DNA from: Azolla caroliniana
Lineage: Eukaryota; Plantae; Polypodiophyta
Reading direction: 5' to 3'
DNA length: 64,000 bases
NCBI GenBank assembly: GCA_043228905.1
Contig: JBHGNT010000011.1
Span: 17,980,001-18,044,000, forward strand
The number at the start of each line of letters is the position of its first letter. The first letter of the stretch is position 1. The notes under the pieces were generated by a model. It searched no databases. It was not told the DNA's origin and saw only the letters and a program-made list of their open reading frames with translations. The position numbers were made by a program, and so were the translations under genes. Shown piece after piece: positions 52,260 through 64,000 of this stretch.

Positions 52260-55034
52260 TTAAGTGAGCATATGCACCTTGTCCATGTCAGACACATAGA
52301 GCCAATCTACAAGGGCTTGGCCAATTCCAACAAAGCACCCCATATTGCTATTCTCAACATGGAAAGGGGAGCTCAAGGCATTGAGCGTGTCTTCAACAGC
52401 TTGTTTAACAAGGGAGGATCCAACAACTCTACTTCTCTTCCCCCATCCAGTGATTATGTCTATTCTATCTGGTGTCACCCCAGTGTCAAGCATCCTTTGT
52501 TTCAAGCTTGCCAAAGTTCTACTCAATGCCACTATGGCCGTTCCCATTGACATACAATGCAAATTGATTGCCCAATACTTGGCTGCCTTCCTCGTCACTG
52601 CAGTGGGATACACTCTCTTCTCGGCTGCAATCTCCCACACAATTGCGGCTTCGTTTCTCATTTGGGCTTTATGCAAATAGCTAATGATTGCATCTACAAC
52701 ACTTCTCTTGCTTTCTTGATTCTCATTGCTAATCATCTCAAAGAAGAGCAAGGTACATTCCCTTATGTTGTCTTCTCCCTCCCTTACACATACCCCTTGA
52801 TGTAAGGTGCATAAAAATGCATGCGCCGGATGCCTTACGCTAGCAATCATGCTCCAAATTTTGTCACTCTCATCCTTTCTTTCCGACATTGTATAACAAC
52901 TCAGAAGGAGTGTATAAGTCTGAAGTGAAGGTGCCAAACCTTGGTTCGCCATATCTGCAATAAGTTGCATTCCAGCATCGTATGATTTTTCTCTTAGAAA
53001 GGCACCGAGCAACGAATTGAATGTAGGTACATTCGGCTTAACTCCTGAAGTTAGCATTTTATTATACCATCCACATGCTTTCATTGAATTGCCGACTTTG
53101 CCCCACATATCAACCAAAAGTCCATAAACAGTAGCATCAGGTGCCCATCCAGCTTCTTCCATTTGAGAGAATACATACTCAACCTCATGAAGATGACCTG
53201 AATGTCGTAGTACCTCCATTATAATGCTGTATGTAACTCGATCTGGATGATAGCCCATCCCTAGCATGTCATCATATAATTTCAAGGCCATTTTGTGTTT
53301 CCCAGATTTTGCATGAAGATCAATTAAGATGTTGTACGTGACCAAAGTTGGAGTACATCCTTTACCTATCATCTCATTCAGAACCTTCTGAGCAGATGAT
53401 AGTTCACCAGCTTTGCCCAGGCAATTGATGATCACACTGTAAGTAAATGTATCTGGCTGTAAACCAGCCTCTTGCATTTGATTGTACATGTTCATAGCCA
53501 CATCAAGAGACCCAGATTTGGCATGTAAATCAATCAAGGTGCAATAGGTGACCTTATCAGGAACACAACCGAAATCTTTCATACCATGAAATATTCGTAG
53601 GGCTTCATCCATTCGATTTGCCCTACCATAGCAATGAATTAGTCTATTGAACGTGACAATGCTAGGCTTGCAACCATCTTTCTTCATCTCTTCCATTAGT
53701 TCTAAAATACCCTCGAAGTCTCGAGCTCGTCCTAATATGCCCACCATTGTTGTATAAGTGTGGACATCATGTCGGAAGCCTTTTTGCTTCTTCGCCCATG
53801 CAAAAAAGCTGGATGATATGCTTGCATCTTTCTGGCTTTTTAGTATTTCATTTACCTGATAAGGACTCAACTTTCGGTTCAACTCTGACAGGGCAAACTC
53901 AGTTTGATTACTCCATTTCAGGTGCCACAAGATATTACAAACACAGTCGATTGGCTCTCTCCAATCACCATCATAACCATATTGCTGCCCAACCTTTTTC
54001 ACCTGGCAGTTAACATTACGTACTTCACAGTTAACAGTATTCTTTGGGGTTTGATGATATGATGCACCTTTGGAAGGTCTAGGTTTAAGTATTTTAGAAC
54101 AAACCTGCCAGCCCTGGCTTCCAAAATTATCATCTAGCAAAAGAGAGCTATTTGAAAATACTTTTGATCCGTGCTTAACTTCAATATCATTCCTTTTCTT
54201 GGATATATATGTTCTTTCTTGACAACATTGTTGCAACACTTGTGTGTCTGAATTTATACTAGAATTAGACAAGCCAACATAACTAGAAGGCTCAATACCC
54301 TTCAAAGTAGATCCACGGCATATGGAACTGTTTTGAGCAACATCTTCATGAATTTGTTCATTCTTTACATGTCCATTCACTTCTTTTCTTGTAGTGTTGA
54401 TGGTGTCATGGACTTTTACTGCAGGTGCTGCTGTCTTTTCTTTAGGGAGGCTTGGCTGGCTAGTTCTTTGCACCATGAAAGAAGCTCCACCTCCAGAATA
54501 CAAAATTTTGCTCGCAAATGCAAACCCTAATTTCTTTAGAGTTTCAGTTGTACTCTCATAGGTCCCTACTATTTCTGGTTCGACTTCTATTCTAGGTGAA
54601 AAACTCAATACCCCTGTAGCTCTAGATTTTAGTTTTGTAAGCATTGAGCCAATTGGTAGCTCAGTAAAACCACTGATAAAGTTGGAATCCTTATGACATG
54701 CTTCTTGTGTAGCATCAATATGTGATGGATTCTTTGATTTTTCGCTGGGTAAGCCATGTTTTTTATCCAAAATTTTGTCATTCACCATATTTACTTTTGA
54801 AACGTTACACAAAGCTCCATCTTTGAAAACACTTTTTCCCTCTCTTACATTGTCTGTTTTGCAAGATAAATTGGATCTACATACAAAGAGTTTCTTTTCG
54901 TCATTTGTGTCATCGGAATCAGAGGAATTTGCAACCAGTCCCTTGCCAATAGCAAAGTAATCTTTATATGAACCCAATGCCACCCATGCCCTGGCAGTAT
55001 TGTAAAAAGGCAGTATTTGCTTCAACCGCAACAT
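52260..55034 (-). CDS. P-class PPR protein with C-terminal SMR domain (At1g18900/At1g74750-like)
   Basis: 924-aa single-exon ORF. FFAWAKKQKGFRHDVHTYTTMVGILGRAR is followed by tandem P motifs (PSIVTFNRLIHCYGRAN, PDKVTYCTLIDLHAKSG, PDTFTYSVIINCLGKAG). The SMR domain reads WAINLHCMSMGTAIVAL...RIDIITGWGKRSRVVGSS. Confidence 0.95.
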   Translation of the reverse strand: MLRLKQILPFYNTARAWVALGSYKDYFAIGKGLVANSSDSDDTNDEKKLFVCRSNLSCKTDNVREGKSVFKDGALCNVSKVNMVNDKILDKKHGLPSEKSKNPSHIDATQEACHKDSNFISGFTELPIGSMLTKLKSRATGVLSFSPRIEVEPEIVGTYESTTETLKKLGFAFASKILYSGGGASFMVQRTSQPSLPKEKTAAPAVKVHDTINTTRKEVNGHVKNEQIHEDVAQNSSICRGSTLKGIEPSSYVGLSNSSINSDTQVLQQCCQERTYISKKRNDIEVKHGSKVFSNSSLLLDDNFGSQGWQVCSKILKPRPSKGASYHQTPKNTVNCEVRNVNCQVKKVGQQYGYDGDWREPIDCVCNILWHLKWSNQTEFALSELNRKLSPYQVNEILKSQKDASISSSFFAWAKKQKGFRHDVHTYTTMVGILGRARDFEGILELMEEMKKDGCKPSIVTFNRLIHCYGRANRMDEALRIFHGMKDFGCVPDKVTYCTLIDLHAKSGSLDVAMNMYNQMQEAGLQPDTFTYSVIINCLGKAGELSSAQKVLNEMIGKGCTPTLVTYNILIDLHAKSGKHKMALKLYDDMLGMGYHPDRVTYSIIMEVLRHSGHLHEVEYVFSQMEEAGWAPDATVYGLLVDMWGKVGNSMKACGWYNKMLTSGVKPNVPTFNSLLGAFLREKSYDAGMQLIADMANQGLAPSLQTYTLLLSCYTMSERKDESDKIWSMIASVRHPAHAFLCTLHQGVCVREGEDNIRECTLLFFEMISNENQESKRSVVDAIISYLHKAQMRNEAAIVWEIAAEKRVYPTAVTRKAAKYWAINLHCMSMGTAIVALSRTLASLKQRMLDTGVTPDRIDIITGWGKRSRVVGSSLVKQAVEDTLNALSSPFHVENSNMGCFVGIGQALVDWLYVSDMDKVHMLT

Positions 55035-56074
55035 ATTTTGTACGTGGAGCTAGTTGGTTCTGCACCAAAGTATGCAATGAGTTTTCTTACATCTAGTAAA
55101 GATTAACGAATAACCTAATCCAGATTCAGAAAAATGTAATTAAATTACTGAAAAATTGGTGCAATTATGACGACCATATACCTATATGTGTGCGTATACA
55201 CATAGACACACACACATATGTATACATTGTTGGGTTGGAATTACATTAAGCCATTGAATTCTGTGACAGTATCAAGGAGCTGGTTTCTCCAAAAAAATGC
55301 TTATCATACATACGTAGCACAGATATGTGTATATGCATATTAGCATATACATATACATATAGATATAAATTCATACCTACATAAGTGTACACACAAACAT
55401 GTATACACACATCAATACATATATATAGATATAGAAATAAATACATACATATGTATATATCAAGGAATATACATGCACACATGCACACATACATATAGGG
55501 GTAACAAGCAGTGTATACTGAGAACTTATTCAATAGCCTTTAGTCAGAAAAGAAGGATGGATCAAACCCAAGCTCCAAAATCATGTCATATTCATTTTCC
55601 TTGAATTAAGAGGGAATTCAAATGTACTATAAGCAGAGACGCTTTTGTGTTATAATTTTTATCTGCCATACATATATAATGAAGGGACACATACTTACAT
55701 GGAATTTGCTATATGTGAAGGCACCCACATTTGGGCTTCATGGAGCTACCTGAGCTCCATGGAGGCATCCACATGTTTGAAAGGAACTTTTAAAGGTCCT
55801 AATGCTACATCCAAAGAATTGGATATGAAGCTACGAGACGGATAGAGCTTCGTTTCTTTTCTGTGCTGCGAGTTCTTTAATCCAATTGGAGAAGAAGAAG
55901 AAGAAGAAGAAGAAGCAAACAGGTACTCAGAATTGGTAGCGAGAGCTCTTTTTTTTTTGGGTGCGAGCGCTACCTCTCTCTCTCTCTCTGTGCCGGAGGC
56001 GCCTTGGAGAACAAGGCAGGGGATGGAGTTTTCCTTCCCTTTTGAATAGTAGTCGTTTTCCATGGGTATGTATC

Positions 56075-56508
56075 ATGGGCATGTATGTATGTATTTGAGG
56101 AGTGTATGTAGGGACTGTGTCTACGTGTGTACATATATATGTGCGTATGGATTGGCTCGTATGTGTGCATCCTACGTATGTATGTGCATGTCCACGTTAC
56201 TTTGGTTTGGGTTCCTATGGACACGCAAAATTTTGATATGCTCGGGTTGCTTCGATTGTGTCCGTCCATCACATGACTCGTGTGTTCCTAATGGGCATGT
56301 ATGTATGTATTTGAGGAGTGTGTGTAGGGATTGTGTCTACGTGTGTACATATATGTGCGTATGGATTGGCTCATATGTGTGCATCCTACGTATGTTTGTG
56401 CATGTCCACGTTACTTTGGTTTGGGTTCCTATGGACACGCATTAGGAACACACGAGTCATGTGATGGACGGACACAATCGAAGCAACCCGAGCATATCAA
56501 ATTTTTGC
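56075..56508. repeat. Complex A-B-A-B(inverted) duplication containing a 69-bp inverted repeat
   Basis: A is at 56075-56227 and 56291-56441 (direct). B is at 56225-56293, with its reverse complement at 56440-56508 (1 mismatch). Confidence 0.95.
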
Positions 56509-57130
56509 TCCGCCACATGTGAATGCTTGCTTTGGAAGATTTTTTTTCGGTTTTCTACGTACAATTTACCTATATTCCCCATTTGGGATTGGGGAAATTC
56601 ATGTTGTTGGTGCTTAGGACATTGATTAGTAAGCTTAAATGTCCATGGTAGTAGGCAATAGGCCGAACAAAACATGTGATTGGCGTTGACTCGAATAGAC
56701 TAAAGGCCATCTCGAAAAGGAGATGGCATTTCCATATATTGCATGTTGATTTCATCTTTCATAAGCTTCTTGCTCGTATGTTGTTTCAAAGGGTGAAATG
56801 GATCATGTTTCACGGTCTATTGGTTTAACTACCTTGGTCCTTAAGATGAGATTGATGTGTTTGTTTGTTAAATTTTATGGTTCTCTTGTTGCATTCCCAG
56901 TTATCGTTTCTTCATGGTTTATATGAACCTTAGAAATGGCAATTGGTTTGGTATTGTATATTGTGGCCAAACTCTAATACAATTTGTTTACAAATAACGA
57001 AACCAATATGTTTATTATTATTGAAGAGTCTTTGTCCTTTTGGTTACTGTAATATTTATCATACATATTTCCATGTGATCTGACCCTAGAATACAGTTAG
57101 AGGTAATGCAATAACTAACAACCGATTTTA

Positions 57131-57600
57131 AATTGCAATGATCATTAGTTAAATAACTGGATATCTTTTGGACGACAAAATGCACAATTTTGCTTGGATA
57201 ATATGTAATAATATCTAACCTTATATATATGCATGTATATAACAAGGTCTCTTTCAATGATTGTTGCACTCGCTACATGTGTATGTCAATGCTATTTATT
57301 CATCTCTATTAAAGGATGGGAACCAGAACCAAATCACTCTTGGCATCAAAGGTATTTCTTAAAACTGAATGATCATTAGTTAAATCAGTGGATATCTTTT
57401 GGATGACAAAATGCACGATTTTGCTTGGATAATATGTAATAATGTATATCTAACCTTATATATATGCATGTATATAACAAGCTCTCTTTCAATGATAGTT
57501 GCACTCGCTACATGTGTATGTCAATGCTATTTATTCATCTCTATTAAAATATGGGAACCGGAACCAAATCACTCTTGGCATCAAACTTGAAGGTATTTCT
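57131..57600. repeat. Direct tandem duplication of about 230 bp
   Basis: aatgatcattagttaaat...ggatatcttttgga.gacaaaatgcac...gaaccaaatcactcttggcatcaaa occurs at about 57138 and about 57368. Confidence 0.92.
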
Positions 57601-58519
57601 GAAATCTGATCTAATTTTTGAAAAGGAGGGTATTGTGGGAATTTAGGGAAAAGCTGATGAGCTATGAGAGAAAGAGGGATCAGATATTTTTTAGCGTTGT
57701 CGTGCCTTTCGGCTCCGGATCGTTTGCGTGAGTCGGGTGGGAACCACCGAGGTTTTGGACTAGGAGAAAGAAAAATACAAATAAGGCTAGTAAAGAATAG
57801 GTATAAAGAGTTATAAGATAAGAATCTCGTGAATCCCACGAGTTTAGTATATTTAGTCAATATTTAGGTAGTAATATGTATTTAGATTGAAAGAAAAATA
57901 TAAGAAACTTGTGAATCCCACAAGTATAGATTATATTATTTTCGTGAATCCCACGATTATATTAATCGGTTGGTGTTTTCGGAAATATATCCAATTTCCA
58001 AATATTTCACACACTATTACATTGTGCTCCCCATCCTTATATAGTGATGGAAGAGACTAAGCATAGCTACATGCTTTTTTTCTAATATGTTCATGCACAC
58101 TAAATGTGCATGTGATGCTTTTCTAATCCTTGCTTTTATTTGCTAAATATAGTGCTCATGCACGCTAGATGTGCATGAGTCACTTTTTAGTTGCTTGCGT
58201 TTTTCTATTCACGCACTCTAAAAATGCATGATTTACCTTTTAATAAAGGTAGGCGCAAATAAAGCACTTATAGTTATTAAATCTATTTATAGAACACTAA
58301 AGATAAGGTAGCATAATGGTAAAGTTGAAGTTTGGCTACGTGGAGGTACATGGTTCAAATCTTGCCCTATGCACGTGATAAATATCTTGATATTCTTATT
58401 TTATTTATTGGTGATAAATATCTTAATATTCTTATTTTATTTATTTATATGTAATTAAATCGGTTATATTATTTTTACTTTTTCACATAGTGTACGAAAT
58501 ACACTACGACAGCGTCCAC

Positions 58520-59662
58520 AGAGAGAGAGAGAAAGAAAGATATATTAACGTCTTCTAAGGCCAAAATTGGCCCATGAGACAAATGGTTTACAACAAAAAT
58601 GGGATATTTACCCATTCATCGAAGTAAAAATAAAAATAAGATGAAAAATAGAGTTTAAGCTAAATAGTTCTAAAAAATAACAAACATGTTTTATATAGAA
58701 ACATGTTCTACTACAATGAAAATGGTGTTATACAATTGTTATTTTCATTTCCATCCAAGTCTCTCGAAGAGAAGCGGAAGGTCAAAGGGTTGCGATGTGG
58801 ATGTGGCCCGTGGTCCCCATGTAAGCGGTACCCCAACCATAGCTTCTAGTCGACGTAGCTCACGTTCCCTTATCTTCTTAATCTTGTCTACTCCACGTTG
58901 ACTTGTTTTGAAGCCCAACATTCGAGGGCGTTTCGTTGTTCTTTGCATTTCTGCTTCCTCAAGGGAGAGGCCGAGCGGCGTAAGTGTATCCACATTCATC
59001 GTCTCCCCTTGTTCCTGAAAAATTACACTAGTTACATGGTGATGAATACTAAGAGGGTTATCGTTAGCACTTTGTAATTTATTCTCCCTATGTTGTTTTA
59101 GGTCTAAGATATATCTACCTAGTCTCTTTACATTCGGGGTATCTAATAGTTTGGAGAGGGTGGGAGAGGGTCCTAGTATGTCTTGGTATTCCGCTCGTAT
59201 CTCGGCATAAGTTGGGCATTTGCATGTGAAGTGATACTCATCCTCTATCTCTATGTGGCATAACCTACATAACCTTTCCTCTCTAGGGACTCTATTAGCC
59301 CGACCATTCTCAATCTCAAGTTGGTGAGATGATATCCTAAGTTGTCCAATGGCCACCCTTAGTGCATTTGATAAGAATGTATCTAAATATCTTGGTCGTG
59401 TAATAAAGCCTAGCGTAGAGAAGCGCAAGAAGTGTTCCTTATAGTACACCATTTTAGATGGGAGTGGTTCTCGTGGGGTGATCCATTTGTATTGAGTGTA
59501 AATTTGCCATATTTCTTGGCGTATAACTTTATTACGATCTTCGTGAGAGATTGAAGTTTGATCAATCCCATGGTTGTACTTAAGGGGAGGTAGGTTATTA
59601 ATGTCTATGCCGTTCGCACGGAGCCAACTCACCACGATGCTATACCAAGAGCTGGTGTCGCC
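58520..59662 (-). mobile_element. 5'-truncated non-LTR retrotransposon (RTE-X-like), ORF2 C-terminus still open, flanked by (GA)n
   Basis: ORF 58745-59635 has LRVAIGQLRISSHQLEIENGRANRVPREERLCRLCHIEIEDEYHFTCKCPTYAEIR, a C-terminal CCHC zinc finger. The 3' UTR is shared with 25518-25628. Both ends have cagagagaga tracts. Confidence 0.85.
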
Positions 59663-59704
59663 AGAGAGAGAAAGAGAGAGAGTGAGCGACTAAGGAAAAA
59701 AAAC

Positions 59705-59716
59705 TTCCTATAAAAG
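59705..59716 (+). promoter_or_regulatory. Candidate TATA box of the cystatin gene
   Basis: cctataaaag lies about 105 nt upstream of ATG 59817 and is followed by a (CA)n(CT)n 5' UTR. Confidence 0.5.
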
Positions 59717-59816
59717 AACTTTCATCTACAATTTCTCTCTCTTACGCGCGCACGCGCACACACACACACACACACACACACTCTCTCTCTCTCTCTCTCT
59801 CTCTTTCTTTTATTGT

Positions 59817-60023
59817 ATGGCAATGGAAGCTTTGAAGACGTTCTGCGCTGTTTCTTCTTCGCTGCTTCTTACTCTTCTTCTCATCCTGCTTGTCGCTTCT
59901 CCTTCTGCTGCACACATCATGAGCGTGGTTGGAGATCATCACGAATCTTCTCCTTCTGAAGCTTCTCGCGATGATCTGCACGATCTTGCTAAATTTGCCA
60001 TCGATCAGCACAACAGCAGACAG
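59817..60023 (+). CDS. Phytocystatin (cysteine protease inhibitor), exon 1 only; later exons not found in the window
   Basis: Signal peptide (LLLTLLLILLVASPSAA), conserved N-terminal Gly (VVG), and the plant-specific LARFAVDEHN-type motif LAKFAIDQHN, followed by donor CAG|GTGTGC. No QxVxG motif was seen downstream. Confidence 0.85.
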
Positions 60024-60059
60024 GTGTGCGTTTTATTGATCGGGATTGATGTAATTTCA

Positions 60060-60850
60060 TGAGGAAAATCTGTCTTTTTTTTAATCCTTCGTGATGATTT
60101 GTGTATAAGAAAGACATGGACAGGTAAGGAATTCTTTTTGAGGTTCGTTGTAACTAGTTTCGTATGGGAAAGGAATGGATGAGGTTTGTCCGAAATTAGT
60201 AGTAACTATAGGCGATTCTCGTGATTTGAATCATTACGATGTTTGTTATAAGAAAAAAATTGGAAAAAAATTCATCTGAGATTGGCAGTAAATACTTTTG
60301 TTTTGTATGAGATAGAAACTGGAAATAAATTCATCTGAGATTTGTAGCTATTGTCCAATGTTCTCTGTGCTTTTGCTTCTTATCCTTATGTATGTCTGAT
60401 GCTAGTAGTCATTGTGCTTTATATGAAAGAAATATAGTAGTAACTATATGGAAACTATTGTTCTTTTGCTCGTAATGTTTTCGTATGGGAAAAAGGAAGA
60501 AATTCGTCTAAAATTAGATATAAATGTGGAATCTTTGTTGTTTCACTCTTTATGATTGTTGTTTGACAAAAAAAAATGAAAATAAACTTCTGAGTTACTG
60601 TAGGAAATTCATGTGCTTTGATTCCTTCCAATGTTGTGTGTGCAAATGAAATGGAGGAAATTTGTCTAAGGAAATGATTAACCATAGAAAATTCCTGTGC
60701 TGCTCCTATATAATGTCTGTGTATGAGAAAAAAGGGGGAGAATGTTCTACGAGATTAGTAGTAGCTTGTGCTGATATTCTGTGTTCATGTGACAAAAAGC
60801 ATGGAAGAAATTCATCTGAGATTAGTAGTATTTGCATATTATTCCTGTGC
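60060..60850. repeat. Degenerate minisatellite in cystatin intron 1
   Basis: Recurrent gtatgagaaa...ggaagaaattcatctgagattagtagta variants. Confidence 0.65.
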
Positions 60851-61824
60851 ATTTGTTTATCTCTGTAGTACTGTAGTATACATTCAGGTTCAAAGATTGT
60901 AAAGCCTACTATCGTTACTTAGGTTTCTTTTGAATTATTAGATGATATCGAAGGTGTGATTCAAGGAATGCGTAGCTAGTAAGTATATGGAATTATTCTG
61001 CAATCAAGGAATTGGAAAACGTTTTGTACTTTATTCCTTGATTATCAAGTACATGAAACTCTTGTGCTAATCATTCACATGAATAGGATTGGGAAAACCT
61101 AGAAACTCTATCCTACAATTCTTATGAATTGTCGAGTAATTACTAGCCACTATAGTGGATCTAAGGATTCTGAGTTAAGGTACAATAAATATAAGGATTT
61201 CATATGACCATATCTTGCCTTTTTTATCACTATCCTATGTATTCTACGCATCTACATTATTTATGCTCGATGGAAATGCTCAGAAGTCTTGTTTTGTGTC
61301 CTTTCGTCCAATGTCATGTGGTTGACATGTGAGATGCAAGTTTGCATGAAAAACGATGAATGTGGCTGACCTATCAAACATTCATGAACATATCACAGTG
61401 ACTAATCAATTTGCATAAAAAATGGCTTGTTTACTTCTGAAGTTTACATGAATAATGACATATGATGCATGATCATATTACTGTGTTTCTTCTCATCTCA
61501 TGCTTATCTATTACTTAATGGAATATTTCGGAACACGTATTAAAATATCTATTGTGCCATAACATAAGCAAAGGTCATTATTTGATATTGTCCACCAACA
61601 CTTCCAAGTCATAGGGATGATCGCTACTTGACATATATGATGGGTAGTAACTAGTGACTTGTAGTATCTGTCATACTGTTCTGGGAATCGCTCAGTGTCG
61701 ACTTTTCCACTGACTGGGATGCTGTGCTAATTCTTTCATTTTCAAGATAGACCGTTGATTGATATTGTAGTGTAAATTTTGGACGTTCCAGAGTTCTCAT
61801 ACCTTACTGAATGCATAGGTTTTT

Positions 61825-61943
61825 CCTCATTGAGGATGCTGAGTCACATCCATAGGCGATAAGCATGTGTTAGGTACTGCATATGATTTGTCCTCATTGA
61901 GGGTGCTGAGTCACATCCATAGGTGCTAAGCATGCGTTAGGTA
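61825..61943. repeat. Direct duplication, about 53-bp copies at about 66-bp period
   Basis: tcctcattgagg.tgctgagtcacatccatagg...taagcatg.gttaggta is present twice. Confidence 0.9.
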
Positions 61944-62539
61944 AGGGTGCCAGAAACCTGTAGAACAAGAAAACATACATCTTTTCATCACTTTCTTTTT
62001 AAATGGATGTTTTAGCAATATTTGTAGAGTTGATTGCATTGTTGAGAAATTCCTGAACTTCATGGACTATGTGTAATTGCTATGCCAAATAGGTTGTGGA
62101 CAAATTGGTAGAATTTGGGAAGAAGGAGAAGGAAAAGTTAAGGCACTGCAAAAACCAGAAAAAGGGGATAAAGCTGTGTGGAGAACAGAAAGGCAGACAG
62201 GAAATAAGAGGAACAACTAGGTCAAATTTATGAATTTACTAGGAAAATCAGAAACTGAATGAGCTGATCAGAAATAAGATCGTCACACAAATAAAATGAA
62301 TTGAGAAGACAAATAAAGGGTGGAAACTCCTGCATCTGGATAATATTAAGACTGCAAGACTAATACAACTGCATAAAGAAAGAAGAAAGATAAAAACAAA
62401 GTATTACCTTTTTGGAAAAAAAAAAAACCAAAGTATTACCAAGTAAAAAAGTAACTAACAAAAAAGTTTCTAAAGAATCTTGTTATCGGTACATGTAAGG
62501 AATGATGGGGTTAAAGAAAGTTGTGTTTGTTCTCTGTTA

Positions 62540-63460
62540 ATGAGCTTGTGTGGTTGTATTGTTGTCCTTCAACAACTTTTCCTTGTGTCTCTTGAGTTCT
62601 AGCAGGAAAAGCCCCAAGCACCATTGGTCCTCATATTCCATTACCTTGTCTACTGGGGCCAAAGCCTTGTTTAAAGAGGCAATGGTATCTCCCTCTTATT
62701 CATAAAAAACACTACAGTGGCAAACATAGTGTGCAGATTCCCCTCCCTGATGAGCAGAGGAAACACTAAAAAGAAAGATAGGACAGTGAAAACTCTCAAA
62801 TATATATACTCAAGCAGATATCTACTTTCTTGTCCTCTGGGTGTTAATAACCAAACTGCTATCCAGCAAGATAACTACTCTTTTTGTTGAAAACAAAAAT
62901 ATATCTTTTTCTCTCTTCAACAAAATATCTTCTATTCAGTGAACCAGACTTGTTGTTACGAGCCACACACATATCAAAATCTTTCAGAGGATTATTCGCA
63001 TAATCGAACTACCTTTCTGATTCCTTCAAAGTCTTTGTCTGGGAACCCCCACCTATTGTGATAGGTGTTGCCAGAAATTCTGGGAACACAATATTGGAGA
63101 AGGGGGAGATGTGACTGATTGGTGGTACAAGGATGATAAAGATACACCTATCATATCTACACATTTCTCTAAATGGATTTTCTGATTAGGGCTAGAAGTT
63201 AGATGAGGACTTACAGTAAACTCTGGAGAATTTTCAGAAAATGTAGGAGAGAATTTATAAGTCAAGACATATCCCACAAGTGTAGTAAGCAGCTGCTAAT
63301 AAGAGACCGTAGAGTTAGATACTTTTTTATAACTGTGCTTTCCTACATGATTGAATTTGCACATGAACCAGGCTTGTCGCTTAAGCATGGTATCAGATAT
63401 TGGGCCAGCTTTAGTCTAGTGTCCATGTACAATTACATGTTGGCATGTGGATTTCACAGT
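62540..63460 (-). mobile_element. Possible decayed L1-type LINE 3' end in the cystatin intron
   Basis: Minus-strand fragments C...ESAHYVCHC and WNMRTNG resemble the L1 zf-RVT and WxxRN terminus. Confidence 0.35.
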
Positions 63461-64000
63461 CAAGTCAGTCTAGCTGAGGTTTGGAAATCAAACATCAAAT
63501 TATTAAAGGTGTGAACAGAAAAGCTTATGTGTTATATTTGACATTTGAACAAAATCAAACATGATAATGATACCTACATTATTATTACATCTGCACATGT
63601 ATGAATATATGCATGTATATGCAGACAAAACTTCAGGTATTCTTATGTCTTGAACCATGAACCATGAAATTCCAAAACTCGATTAAGCAAAATGTTTGTG
63701 TGACCTTGCTGTAATTTTGGCAAGTGGTATTTCCTCTCTAGTCTTAACGTGCTAGTACATAATATAGTTGATTTAATAACCAGCTTCAACATTCTTTTGG
63801 AGCATGAAATCATTGTTGTACTTGTCGATGAATCTAGTCCCTCCTTTGCCCCCTCGTGCACAGTTGTTTTGATTTTCTTTGCCAAATTGCATAATAATGT
63901 AATAAGTACAGTTTGTTTAATGTCTCAACATTGGTTCCTTTAGTTTCATTCACTCTTTAGAGCTATTGTCAATTTTCTAGTATAGAAACCATGTTTTTTT

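Noticed and set aside
56062-56522. Cys-rich repeated ORFs (VCMYLRSVCRDCVYVC)
   Set aside because: They are translations of (TG/TA)-rich duplicated DNA, not a credible metallothionein or secreted peptide.

Overview
AT-rich eukaryotic nuclear DNA from a land plant. A seed-free vascular plant such as a fern is the best guess, inferred from a very long PLS-class PPR gene and RTE-X-like LINEs. There are eight recognisable host genes. Seven are on the minus strand: a 3-ketoacyl-CoA synthase (KCS) split by a 1-nt frameshift, a STIG1-family Cys-rich secreted protein, a 3-exon FHA-domain protein (FHA1/FHA2-like), a 1375-aa PLS-E PPR protein, the mitochondrial complex I ferredoxin-like subunit (C1-FDX), a 20-exon mitochondrial elongation factor G with one GC-AG intron, and a P-class PPR-SMR protein. 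The eighth is exon 1 of a plus-strand phytocystatin whose first intron runs off the window. Intergenic and intronic space holds decayed Copia and Gypsy elements, LINE fragments, one clean tRNA-derived SINE with a 15-bp target-site duplication (TSD), and many local tandem and inverted duplications. I see no convincing new multi-gene system. The best leads are: first introns and 5' UTRs built from telomere-like repeats, including a candidate hidden exon that would give the PPR a targeting peptide; an A-B-A-B(inverted) rearrangement with a 69-bp hairpin upstream of PPR-SMR; a probably uncatalogued SINE; and a cryptic decayed STIG1 paralogue. All splice models were read by eye and need RNA-seq confirmation.
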